DNA from: Camelus ferus
Lineage: Eukaryota
NCBI RefSeq assembly: GCF_009834535.1
Contig: NC_045696.1
Coordinates: 51,152,001 to 51,216,000 of the forward strand
Reading direction: 5' to 3'
DNA length: 64,000 nucleotides
The position numbers and the translations under genes are program-made. The notes below the pieces were generated by a model. The model ran no database searches. It was given only the letters and a program-made list of their open reading frames with translations, and was not told where the DNA came from. Each line of letters opens with the position of its first letter. Position 1 is the stretch's first letter. Shown here one piece after another: positions 15,318 through 27,106 of the stretch.

Positions 15318-16748
15318 AACTGTGATTTCTTTCCTCCTGTTCCTCAGCAAGCTCTCATATGTGTATATTTTCCTAAATTTCTCATCTCAAACCCTTTGCT
15401 TCTTTGTTGTACAGCTTTGAGACTAGTGCCTAAGTGTGTTATCATTTGTCTCCCTGTTTATTTGGTAGGTCTTATATAAACCAAACATTCCTTTGTTCCA
15501 GTGTTTGAAGAGCCTCCCTGATCCTTTCTCCGAAGTGGTGAATGTAGTAAATATGATACACAATGGCTACACTACTGTAAACTTGTATGTAGGGCGATGT
15601 CTCTCCTTGTCCTAGGTTTGCCCTTTCCTCATCACCATTAAATTGTAAACAGGACTACTGCATGTACTCTCTTTGCAACGGATTTGGAGTAGAAGGCCAG
15701 ACTGCTATACATTTTGACAGGTACTTTGTGAAACAACTCAATATCTTTATGGTAAAGTTATTTGCCACTTAGCATTTTTCTAAGTAATGCTTTGCAGGAA
15801 ATAATTGCTTTTTTTTTTTAACATTAATGTTAATGTTCCAATTATGCATCCCTTCTCCCAGTATAAATCAAGAATATTTATGGGGAACTGTAGTGTTTTT
15901 AAAACAAGCGTTTGTGGGGCTCAGCACAGTATATGAATCAGTAAACTCTAAAGAAGTGAAAAAGGAGCCAGGTGGTCAAACTTAGATTAACATCACCTTG
16001 TTAAAGCCTATTTTATTTCATTAGGAAAAATTCAGGATCAAGGACTATTCTACTCCATTACTAGGAAATTCTTTTTAAAATTACATTTAAAACAATCACT
16101 GAGAACTTGATCCACATCACACCCTCTTCCTTTTCTCAAACGTCTTAGAAGCCTGAGCTTCTAAGAATCATATGGCAGTGTGATGGGCAGTAAGATGCCA
16201 CAGGAAAAGATACTTAGTCTTGGTTGAAAGCTCTCTGCACCTTTAAGGACCAGCTGGGCTATAGTGATTCTTGGGGCCAGAGTGGCATGATGTTTTTACA
16301 AGATAATGACATGTGTCACATGTTTCTTTGCTTATTGAATTTTTGAACTACCAGTTTACTGATTGTAGAAAATACTGCTTTCTTTCATGTGGTTTTTTGA
16401 TTCACTGGCTCAAAAGATTTTCCAGAGTGTCTGTAGCTATAGCAGCATAACAGTTTCCATTCTGTTTCGTAGGGATGAAATTAATCCTTGTAACTTGCTG
16501 ATAACAGAATCTGGGTCATGTGAAAAAAAAGATCAGTTCTTCCTATCTTTTAAGTATATGTTTTAAAGTAACTAATAGTTTCTGCATTTGTATGATATGG
16601 CACACTGCAGAACAGTTCTGAGAACAGCATCAGTTTCCCATTAACTCTTTCTGACCAATTGTGCTGGCACCATTGCTTCCTCTTTGGGACAAGGAAAGCA
16701 TTATGTGAACAAGTGCAACAATCTCAAATACCCAAATGTAATAGCATA

Positions 16749-16754
16749 AATAAA
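16749..16754 (+). terminator. Proximal poly(A) signal AATAAA of ATP6V1A
   Basis: AATAAA preceded by TGTA and followed by U-rich sequence. Confidence 0.7.
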
Positions 16755-16819
16755 GTATTTATTTTATGCCTCAGTATATTATTATTTAAATTTTTTGGTA
16801 ATGTATTTCTTTTGGTCCA

Positions 16820-17047
16820 TTAAGGAAAGACACAGTGAAGTAGAGAATTCAGCTGTGTTGGTTTAAATCCTTGCAGATTGCATGTTCTTACAGTGGCCTG
16901 CTGTTCAGGATGGGAATTCTCCCATGCACCTTCTTTTAACCTTTCAGAATAATTGAAGATAAAAATTATGCAGTGGTTTGTTGAGATGTGGACGTAATGG
17001 TGCTGCTTAATCAGTTTGCTTCCAATGTGGCCTTCTACCCAGAGGCC
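16820..17047 (-). pseudogene. Putative terminal pseudo-exon (75 open codons + TAA), antisense within the ATP6V1A 3'UTR
   Basis: ggtcttag|GGC CTC TGG: GLWVEGHIGSKLIKQHHYVHISTNHCIIFIFNYSERLKEGAWENSHPEQQATVRTCNLQGFKPTQLNSLLHCVFP*; minus-strand AATAAA at 16758-16763. Confidence 0.5.
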
Positions 17048-17590
17048 CTAAGACCAGTGGAAATTAAAATAATTTCAGAAACTTCCGATTCCTACCTTAA
17101 ACCTACCAGCAAACTAGGATTGTGATAGTAATGAATGATACATGATGAAGAAAGTTTGACCAAGTTTGTTTTTTATTGTTCTCAATTTGCAATGTACATT
17201 CTTACACCTTTTAAGACTGTGGATGAATGGGTGTGAAGACGCTAGAGAAGCTTTGCTCAGATATTCATTGTAAGTGTCCCTTCACCTGTATGTTGTAGAA
17301 TTTCAGGTTGGTCACTGATCATATTTAGTAAGAATGTGTTAAAATTACAACAATCTTTTAAAAAGAGGATGCAGTTCTATATTTATTGTGCTGTGCCTGG
17401 TCCCAAGTGGGGCCAGTTAAACAGATTCGTATGTATTTTTCCAGTGTTAAATCTCACACATTGTACCCTTTGAAAATTTCCTTCCATCCTGAAGAACAAA
17501 TAGAAGAGGTCATGTACATTGCCTCCTTATCCTTGAGGCTTCACTATCTTTGTGTTAAAAGTTGTGTAAAATTGTTCAAGTCTATGAAAG

Positions 17591-17596
17591 AATAAA
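17591..17596 (+). terminator. Distal poly(A) signal AATAAA of ATP6V1A
   Basis: AATAAA followed ~20 nt later by ctttttcttttttgtgagtgtgg (U/GU-rich downstream element). Confidence 0.8.
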
Positions 17597-18106
17597 AAGT
17601 TGATTTAAATTAACACTTTTTCTTTTTTTGTGAGTGTGGCAAGATCTGCTAAAAAGCATGTCACCTTATTGTATTTTGACTTGTTTTCAGTATGAACTTT
17701 AAATTTTTTTATTTCTCCCTTTATAGATTGTTACTTAAGATCATGAAACTGAATTAGGCCCTCGCTATAGACTGCAAAAAATCCTGTAATTATATATCAG
17801 TGTGCTTTGGAAATGTACACAGAATCCCATAGCACTCTGAATATTACATTAAATTGGGAAAGTGTATGGTTTCTAAAAATACACTTATAAATTAAAGGAA
17901 ATCAGTGTACTCTATTCTATTTTTGGTAGGTGAACTAAAAACTTGTAATTCATGATTTTGCAATTATTTACAATCCAGTGTACCAACATGTTACATGGTA
18001 TTTTATTTCTTAAAATGTATTTTTAACAATTTCCAAGGGACTAAAGAAGCAGTGTGAAAAGCAACTCTACATTGCTATCAAGTGCCAAGTTTATGTAAAG
18101 AAATAC

Positions 18107-18462
18107 TTTTTTTTAATTGAAGTATAGTCAGTTTACAGTGTTGTATCAATTTCTGGTGTACAGCAAAATGCTTCAGTCATACCTGAACGTACATATATTT
18201 GTTTTCATATTCTTTTTCACCGTAAGCTACTACAAGGTATCGAATATAGTTCCCTGTGCTATACAGTATAAACTTGTTTATCTGTTTTATATATACCTGT
18301 CAGTATCTGTAAATCTCGAACTCCCAGTTTATCCCTTCCCACCCCTTTTCCCCCTGGTAACCATAAGTTTGTTTTCTATGTCTGTGAGTCTGTTTCTGTT
18401 TTATAGATAAGTTCATTTGTCTTTTTTCTTTGAGATTCCACATATAAGTGATATCATATGGT
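18107..18462 (-). mobile_element. Young 5'-truncated L1 3' end
   Basis: ttttttaattgaagtatagtcagtttac...agattccacatataagtgatatcatatgg; TSD-like agaaata(c)tttt on both sides. Confidence 0.85.
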
Positions 18463-18551
18463 GAGAAATATTTTAAAATTTACAGGAACACTTATTCATT
18501 ACAGAATATTTGGGTGGTTTTTAGTCTTTTTTGGTTAAAATAACCCAATAC

Positions 18552-19192
18552 CCTCGGGTTATCAGTTTTAGTGAATTGCTACAATATAAGAGCAATTTTC
18601 CCAGGTCGGGTGTGATAAAATGCTACTAAAGCTGTTCTAAGGGCTCCCTTTTAGTTTGAATTCCCCCAGAAGTTGACCCTGAGACACATTTTTGAATGCA
18701 GGCAGTTTATTTGAGATGTAATCCCAGGAAAGCACCAGTGGGGGAATAGAGAATTGAGACAGGATAGAAGGAAGTCAGTAAGTGTTCTTATCAAGCAAGT
18801 CAACACTTTGGAGCACAATCCTCCTGGGGAGCTGTGGGAGCAACTGAAAAATCTACACGTCAGTTATCTCACCTGGGGTGCAAGGGGACTGGCACTTTCA
18901 GCAGTCACTGGTTGACATCCAGCTCCTGTCAGTTGTCCACTGAAGTCTGTGCCCACAAAGAGTCAGTGCCCAGCACGTGCATATAGGTAGACCAGGCTCC
19001 GGTGGCCACAAAAAACCCTCTGCAGAGAGATGTAGGTGCTGGCAGTTGGGAGGTCAGCGGAAATAGCAGTCGTGGCCAAGGAGATTTGGGTGGGGCACTC
19101 CTAGCAACCACTTCAGGCCTCTTAAGAACCCAGGGGAAAAGATCATTGAATCAGTAACTGAAAAGCCATTGTTCTGCAACATAAAGAAGCAC
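18552..19192 (-). pseudogene. Pseudo-exon interrupted by an LTR16C-like insertion
   Basis: cttttacag|G TGC TTC: CFFMLQNNGFSVTDSMIFSPGFLR [LTR 18647-19115] SP*NSFSSILSHPTWENCSY/CSNSLKLITR; donor GG|gtattg. Confidence 0.5.
18647..19115 (-). mobile_element. ERVL solo LTR, LTR16C-like
   Basis: cccccagaagttgaccctgagaca...gtttatttgagatgtaatcccaggaaagcacc; degenerate 5-bp TSD (ggctc/ggcct). Confidence 0.75.
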
Positions 19193-19779
19193 CTGTAAAA
19201 GATCAGGACACTTTTTGAAAAGAGTTTTTTTTTAAAGAGAATCTTTTCAGAAAGATGTTTTTTAAAGAGCAGATAGTACACACACCAGGTACGGTTATAA
19301 ATAGCAGATGTGGGGTTTAATGCTCCTGAAAGTAAAGCAGCTTCTTGGTTTAATGGGGATTTTGATCATATATTCCAACTTCCTCATAATACAGAAGAGA
19401 AATTGAAGTCCAGAGAGTTTGTTGATTTGCCCAGTGTCACACAGCTACTTAACATCAGATTCGGGCCTCCTAACGTCTAATGTCTCTTTACACTAAATTA
19501 TACTGTATATATTTTCTTTATGTATGTATTCTTCATTCAGACTAGGAAGTTGGGTTGAAAAGATGTGACATAAAGTAACTAGAAGAAATGTAGGGAGAAA
19601 TGACTGGCTAGCCAAGGTGCTTGTGGGCAGTGTGTTGACTCAAATCATTTTTTAGAAAGGAAATGTGTTTGAGTAACTTAGAGTTTGAGCCAGAGTTTAG
19701 GAAGATAAGCCTAGAAATAGATCACCATTTTTACCAAAATTATATAGAGTTCTTTAAAGTGGGAGAAACAAGAATATAA

Positions 19780-20760
19780 ACAAAAATAAATATCTTACAA
19801 AGGACTTGTATCCAGAATATATGAAGAACTCCTACAAGTCAAAAAAAAAAAAAGGACAGATCTTAATAGATAAATGGATGAAAGATCTGAACAAGCACCT
19901 CACAAAATTGCTGAATAATGTATGAAAAAGATGCTCAGCTTCTAGTCATCAGGGAAATGCAAATTAAAATTACCAGATGATACCATTTTATATGCACTAG
20001 ACTGACTAAAATGGAAAGGACAGAGAATACCAGGTATTGGTAAGATGTGGAGCAACCGGAACAGTCATACATTTTTGGTGGGAGCATAAATTTCTACACA
20101 TTTGGAGAACTATTTTGGTGGTAACTACAAAAGTTGAATTGGGAATAGCTAATACACAACAGAAATGGATACTTACATGTTCACCAAAAGACATGATCGA
20201 AAACATTAATAGCAGCACTATGTGTAACAGCTCCAAACTGGAAAGTTCCCAAATAGTAGTTTAGAAGAATGTATAAGTGGATTGTAGTATATTCACACAA
20301 TGAAATACTATAAATATTCTCCAAATATTAACAGTTTTACATGAGAGTTAATGCAACAACATTCATGAATCTCACTAACAGTGTTTAAAGAAGCCAAACA
20401 AAAGAAAGTGTACTGTATGATTCCATTTATACAGGATTCAAAAGCATAGTATATGGTGTTGGAAGTCAGGATAGCAGTTACGCATGGTGGGGAAGGAGAT
20501 GGTAACAAGAGGGTGGAATGTGGGGGGCTTCTAGAGTGTCAGTAATGCTCTAATCCTTTAAATTTTTTAATTTTTGTATTTTTTAATTGAAGTATAGTCA
20601 GTTTACAAAGTTGTGTCAGTTTCTGGTGTACAGCACAATGCTTCAGTCATACATGAATATACATATTGATTCTTGATGTGGATCGTGCCATAGATGTTTT
20701 TATCTTGTCAAAATTTACACACGTGATTCAAGTACTTTTCTGTAAATAGGTCATACTTAA
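19780..20760 (+). mobile_element. Old L1 3' region with a ~100-bp young antisense L1 tip nested at ~20570-20667
   Basis: ORF2 C-terminal text (gaaatgcaaattaaaa...) and 3'UTR, interrupted by ttttaattgaagtatagtcagtttac... Confidence 0.75.
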
Positions 20761-21046
20761 TGTTAACCCAAAACACGATTACCCTTAAAGGATTTCTATT
20801 TATTTAAAGTAATTTTGCACTAAGATATGTATAGGGGTGGCTTTTAAATGCTTTTAAATTTTACCTAATAGTAAAGTGATCACATTTTTGTTTGATTTTT
20901 AAACTTGCACTTTTCTAGCAGTGGTGATAGATTTGAATTTTTTGATTCAGAAGCTCTTGGTTCTGTTTGCAGTTAGTAACTTACTTTGCCAGACAGCTGA
21001 CCAGGACTTGGGGAATAGATTGTTCCTGGAACAGAGTGACACTCAC

Positions 21047-21173
21047 CAGACTGCACAGTCACGGAATGCAGAAACTGTTGGCTCATTAACAGTGCTATAT
21101 AGCAAGTTATATACAAATATGTATTCAGATGTCCATGAATACATATCACAGCCCTCAAAGCAGCAATGGATGA
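21047..21173 (-). pseudogene. Pseudo-exon (127 bp, phase 1 to 2, open)
   Basis: ttttatcag|TC ATC CAT...GTC TG|gtgagt; IHCCFEGCDMYSWTSEYIFVYNLLYSTVNEPTVSAFRDCAV; joins the next exon as TG|G = Trp. Confidence 0.55.
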
Positions 21174-22006
21174 CTGATAAAAGCAGGTTTGATGTTTTAA
21201 ATAATTATACATGTCTTAATTAGCTCTTTCCCAAACTTGTCTGAATATAGGAAACATGGGACTGTGTTAATGGAACAGATTCCCAGGCTCTGCACCAAAG
21301 CAACTGAATTGGATTCCATTCTAGTGGAAAGGTATAGGAGTCAATTTAACAAACATCCCAGGTTAATTCTTACCACAGGGCAAGTTTTGGAAAACAAATA
21401 TCTTTATTCAATGCTTAGATATTAAAAGTTACATAGAAGACTTAAGACTTTATATATGCTCCAAATATTAAGTTTTACCACAATCTCAGTATTTTAAGAA
21501 TTTGCTTTTTACTGGCTTTAAACAGTGCTCTACAGATTCACATGTATTCTGACTAATTTTATTTATTTATTTATAACTTTTTTTAATTGAGTTATAGTCA
21601 TTTTACAATGTTGTGTCAAATTCCACACTTAGGCTTAATTTGTCAATAAAATTATAGAAGAATATAATTTAGTTCCATATTTTTAAAAAAGCGTTTATCC
21701 TGGGATTCAAAATTCCTTTTTCTTTAATCCATTAATAATTTTTAGTCTGATTTTCAACTATCATCTGAGCAGCTCTTAGACTGTTATAACTCCCAAGTAG
21801 GCAGTACATCTAGCATTTACTAATGACTTAAAATTGCACTCAGAGTTTTGGACTCCTTGTCTAAAAGCCAAATTACTTCCAATCACATAAAATCATATTC
21901 ATGGCCTTTATTTTTAAATTATGTGCTTCATTTCAAATTCTTTATAAAGACCTTTTGACACTTATCCTAAAAAATTGATTTAGGGCAGTATTTCCTCAAG
22001 CATAGC

Positions 22007-22437
22007 ATTGCAGGTTGGGTTCTTTGGAAACATGCTGAGACAGAGATGTGGGTACATGTTGTTCATTTGGAATCAACACTTGAGAAACACTGGAGAAAGG
22101 AAGGGAGTGAAGCAGGGTTGGTCATAGAGGAAATCAAAATACAAAGCAGGGTTGGCAAAGCTTTGGCCTCTCCAGTGGGGAAGCTCTGGAGCAAATATTG
22201 CTGATCAGTGTTGACATGCATCAGGCTGAGACACCCAGGCCTTAATACCCCTGCCTCTCTCTGTTGACCTCCAGGTTCAGGCTGCCCTGTAGGGATGTGA
22301 CCTCAGGTAAGGTGACATCTGTAGACCTGATCTAGAAGGAGCTGGCAGCTGAAGGCTGTCTGCTGACCACACTCCTGGCAGCTGGGCAACAAGTCGTCTT
22401 TGAGGGGAGAATCCGTACAGCACACCTCTGTGTCTGT
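22007..22437 (-). mobile_element. ERVL solo LTR, LTR16A-like
   Basis: caggttgggttctttggaaacatgctgagacagag...gctgaaggctgtctgctgaccacactcctggcagctggg. Confidence 0.7.
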
Positions 22438-23046
22438 GAGATAGTTTTCAGAGAGAGACAGGTAAATAGTATCCACTTTAATTCACAGAGGCGAACATGT
22501 ACTTCATATCCAAGCTTTCAAGAATTTGCTTAGGAAGGAGGCCAAGCTAGTAAATTTTTTTTGAAGTGAGTCATTTTTAAGAAAAACTATTAAATATGGA
22601 AAAGTACAGGCAATAGGAAGATACGGCAAAATCATGAAGGCAGTCTTCAAACCAGACATTTTAGCAACTCTGCTAAACAGCCTGACTGTCTTAGTGCTTG
22701 TTGAAATAGAAGTGCTTACTTTACCTCAAGTAAATATTGGCTTGATTCCATATAGAAATTCATCATCAAATGCAAAACTCTTCAGGAACTGACTAAATCG
22801 AAAATAATAAAACATTTCTTTACATTTGAACCATGTGACTATTAACCTAGTCAAAAACTTAAAATTAAAAATGAAATAGAATAAACTGACAAGAACCGTT
22901 TCAAATATATTTCTTTCCTGTAACAGCATTTATTGGTATTAGTTTGACTAAACTATTGCCAGATTAGTAGTAGTTTTGTGGTGAGCAGAATTAAATAAAT
23001 CTCTCATCTTTATAGAGTTGCTCAGGCAAGAAATTACACAATGTAC

Positions 23047-23213
23047 CTCTGTAGCTACTTTGTATCTTTGAGGTGTTTTTTTTGGCTTCTCAAAGGAAAT
23101 TTTGCATATACCACATTGCCTGTATTTTACCCCAAGTTCTGTGACTAACTTATTTGAACCTTCCATTTGTTAGATTATAACTTTAGTTACAATTTTTTGC
23201 TCATAAAAAAGAC
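23047..23213 (-). pseudogene. Pseudo-exon with CxxC cluster (167 bp, phase 1 to 0)
   Basis: gacatag|GT CTT TTT TAT...GCT ACA GAG|gtacat; LFYEQKIVTKVII*QMEGSNKLVTELGVKYRQCGICKISFEKPKKTPQRYKVATE with one stop. Confidence 0.55.
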
Positions 23214-24293
23214 CTATGTCATAGCAAGAGTCATCTATCTATATGATATCCTCAAAATGTATTTTCATGAGAAAATTAAATTAATCCCTAGAAACTTTGT
23301 AAATAGAAACACAGGCTATTGAGTCCATATATTGAGCAGAAGGGGAAACATGCATCTTGATTTTACAGCAAATTGGGTTGAAGTATAAGCAATATCCATT
23401 TAAATGTTATGAAGTTAAGATGTTATAATTACACTTCATTAAGATAACTTACTCCATAAACATGACAGAAGCAAGTAAAAAAAGATGAGCTTGCTCTTTT
23501 GGAAAAGAATTCCTGAGTTATAGCTACATAATATGTTTAAATGAATGTAAATATAATTTCTTTAACATAAGCAGTTCTCACTACTGTCCCCATCATCTCC
23601 TGAGAAGTCTGCTTTAACAATTATCTCATACTTAAAAGACTATCAACTATTCTGGTAGGCTCTTTCCCCTTTATCTAGTAGCAGGGATAAAATATGGTCA
23701 GTAAGACATAAGTTCTTAAATTAGCTTGTCCAACTTCAAATCCCAACTCTGTTACTTACTAGCTGTATGACGTTGGCAGTCAAGTTACCTCTGTTTTCCC
23801 ATCTGTAAAATAAGGATGATAAAAATATCTCCCCGTTTTAGTTAGGATTAGGTTCAGCTTGAGTGACAGAAATCCGAAACAGAGTAGTTAAAATGAGGTT
23901 GAAATTTATTTCTTTCACATAACCGTGAGCATTCCAGTACTGGGAAGGTGGATAGTGAACTTCAGGTACTCAAATTTGTTCTTCTCCATCCTCAGTACAT
24001 GTTTTTCCTCCTACTTGGCTGCTCCAGCTCCTACCATGAAACCTACATAACATATTCCAACCATCAGGAATAAGAAAAACATGTCCTTCCCATTAGGACA
24101 TTTCTGATAACATAAAATTGACCAGCCATCAGTTACAAGGCCACACCTAAATACAAAGAAATTAGGAGATGTAGCCTTTATTCCAGGTAACCATGCATCA
24201 AGACAAAGATCAGCGTTTCTCAATGATGGTAGCATCATCCTTAGGGTGTTCTGGAAACTTAAGGGTGTTAAAATTTGTCACAATGAATGTATA

Positions 24294-24295
<2 letters not shown>

Positions 24296-24325
<30 letters not shown>
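24296..24325. repeat. (TG)15 microsatellite
   Basis: Direct read. Confidence 0.97.
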
Positions 24326-24327
<2 letters not shown>

Positions 24328-24479
24328 CTTTGAGTGGGGAGTTCTTTGCAAGTGATATTTAGTGGGCAGAGCAAAGATGTTATTTATTTCAAAACATGAA
24401 GGAATAAAGAATCATCCTGTATCCTGAATAAATTTCACATGTTCCACCAGACATTCTCATAGGTTAAACACTTGCCTAT

Positions 24480-25735
24480 CATTGTGTCTTCATTAATAGA
24501 AGTTCTGAATTTTAATACTGTCAAATTTATCTATTCTTTATGATTGGTACTTCTTTGTGTCTTGTTTTGGAAATCCTGGAATCCATGAAGATATTCTCTA
24601 TTATCTTCCAGAAGTTATATTATTTGTCTTTCACATTTAGGTGTGATGGGAGGTAGAAGAATCCAGATTCATTTCTCCACACGAATGCCTTATGGTCTCA
24701 GAACCACTTACTGTAAAGTCCATCCTTTCCCTATGACTGTGCAGCACCACTTCTATCACAAATCAAGTATTCTCACAAGCGAGGAGTTTCTGGGTTCCCT
24801 GGTATTTTTCATTGCCCATATTTGTTTATCCCTGTACTATTACTACTTTGTCTTTATGACTATAGTTCTTTAAGTTTTGATATATAGTGGGACAAATCTT
24901 ACTACTTTGTTGTTCTTCAAAGTCATCTTGGCTATTCTTTGCAATTCTATATAACTTTCAGAACTACACTGTAATTTTAGTTAGAATTACATTGGTAGTA
25001 TTTGACATTTTAAAATATTGAGTTTCCAATATATGAATATGGTACATCTCTCTATATTTTGTTTCTTTAAAGCCTCTTAATATTGATTTATGAAAAAATT
25101 TTCAAAAATGAACCTGATACAACTCTTGATAGATTTATTCTCAAGCACTTAATTTTATAATTGGCAATGCCTGTATTTATTTAGTGATTTTAAAAAGTTT
25201 TTAACCAGTCATAGGGGAGGAACCCACAGATATTTGCCCATTCACACTCAGAGCAGCATTATTCACAATTGCCAAAAGATGAAAGCAACTCAAGTGTCTA
25301 ATTATGAATGAATGGATAAATTAAATGTGGTATGTACATGCAATCGAATATTATTCAGCCGTAAAAATGAAGGAAATTTCTGACCCATACTATAACATGG
25401 ATGAACCTTGAAGACACTACACTAAGTGAAACAAACCAGTATTAAAGGACAAATACTGTATGATTCCACCTATATGAGGTTCCTATGGTAGTCAAATTCA
25501 TAGACAGAAAGTATAATGGTGACCAGAAGCTGGAGTAAAGAGGTATGGGAAAATCATTGTGTAATGGATAAGGAATTTCAGTTAGGAAAAATGAAAAGTT
25601 TTGGAGATGGATGATGGTGATGCTTGCACAACATTGTGAATGTATTTAATGCCACTAAATTGTATACTTAAAAATAAAGTGGTAAATTTTGTGTTATGTA
25701 TATTTTACCACAACAAAATTCAAAAATGAAAAGAA
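24480..25735. mobile_element. Old L1 fragments (antisense ORF2 ~24480-25170; sense L1MB-like 3' end ~25230-25735)
   Basis: Typical L1 ORF2 and 3'UTR text in opposite orientations. Confidence 0.7.
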
Positions 25736-26130
25736 ATGGCATAAGGTGTACTCCACAGAGGTGACTACTTTTGTTTGTTTACACTTCTGAAAAATTTCCA
25801 TACACACAAATACATACTTAAAAACACTCAGAAGCATAACATACATGTTATTCTGTATCTGTGTTCTTTTGTACTTAATAGTATGTGTTGGAGAGGTAAC
25901 CATTTGACTAAATAAACTTCTATATCATCCTTTATAAAGGATGTCCATCCATAGATGACTGGATAAAGAAGATGTGGTCTAATTATGTGGCCCACTCTGT
26001 TACCTGAACTACAGATGGAACTCTATCATGTGTTCTTTAAATCTCTCAACAACTCTAAGAAGGGCTTACTATTATTTTTCCTCTTTTTTCCAGATAAAGA
26101 AGCAGATGAAGCACATAAAAGAAACTTGCA

Positions 26131-26317
26131 GAATAGATAAACAAGATTACACTGTATAGCACAGAGAAATATACACAAAATGTTAATAACTCACAGAGAA
26201 AAAAATGTGACAATGAGTGTGTATATGTCCATGAATGACTGAAAAATTGTGCTGAACACTGGAATTTGACACAACATTGTAAAGTGATTATAAATCAATA
26301 AAAAATGTTAAAAAAAA
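26131..26317 (+). mobile_element. Very young 5'-truncated L1 inserted in a MIR
   Basis: Perfect 14-bp TSD AAAAGAAACTTGCA (26117-26130 and 26318-26331), poly(A), TA/AAA endonuclease-type site; MIR sequence resumes on both sides. Confidence 0.9.
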
Positions 26318-26685
26318 AAAAGAAACTTGCATACAATCATACAGCTAGTGAACATTGGAGCCAGGATTTAAAGCCTCTTTTATTTTACTCAAAGCTTTTT
26401 CCCTCAACCACTCAAAAATATACCTTCTGTAGATTGAAGACTTTCAATGACTCTTATGAAAAGTAATTTAACCTTTTTCTTTTGATTTTTTAAAGTATTA
26501 GATAGCAGTGAACCCAGATGCTAAATAAAAAGGTGTCTGAATATTAAAATCCAGTTTTATTTTTAACATATTAATGGCTACTACCAAAAATGTTTTGGAG
26601 TTAAAATGTGCAACTGAAGTAAACGGTGAGGTGTTAGGAAAAAAGAGAAAAGAACACAAGTAAAAAAATTATTCGTAGTTGACCC

Positions 26686-27106
26686 TGTTGGTGAACCGCC
26701 CGTAGGCACTTTACCAGGCCAGTTCACGTTGTCCACATGAGTGCTGACTGCTAAGATGCACAGCAGCACGTTTGTACTGAAACTTGCCCTCAACCAACAG
26801 AAGTAGCCGCATCTGGCAATGCCTAGAAGGTTAAGCATTCTGTGTCTGTGCTCCCCCCACCCCCCACCCAGTGGTCCTAAGCCAAGTAAGGGTATCATCC
26901 TGCCTCAAGGTGACATGTCTGTGATGACATGCACACTCTAGAGCTCCCTGTGGGATCAGGCTGAGGATAAACTTCAGCTACACTTACATAAGTATCTAGT
27001 TCTTTTCTTTCCTGCTTCCCTTGTAAGTTTCCCCTGCGCAGCACTCCCTCAGCAAGTCACTTGTACAGGAATCTCTCAGGCTCAGCTTCTTGGGAACGGA
27101 ATCAAA
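26686..27106 (+). mobile_element. ERVL solo LTR, LTR16-family
   Basis: Ends ...cactccctcagcaagtcacttgtacaggaatctctcaggctcagcttcttgggaac, typical of LTR16 3' ends. Confidence 0.6.

Larger units (their letters stand above)
15318..17615 (+). other. ATP6V1A: ATP6V1A 3'UTR (long form; end approximate)
   Basis: No recognisable repeats in this AT-rich stretch after the stop; ends ~20 nt past AATAAA 17591-17596, followed by a U/GU-rich tract. Confidence 0.8.

Noticed and set aside
21877..21966. Additional 90-bp minus-strand pseudo-exon (ttttttag|...|gtaatt)
   Set aside because: Splice sites are plausible, but all frames have two or more stops and no motif; not counted without an outgroup alignment
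23047..23523. Type II membrane glycosyltransferase reading of the fossil gene (hydrophobic LIFFYLLLSCLWSLFY)
   Set aside because: The stretch is internal rather than N-terminal, no transferase motifs were found, and downstream motifs fit CxC/KDZ better; the frame here is uncertain
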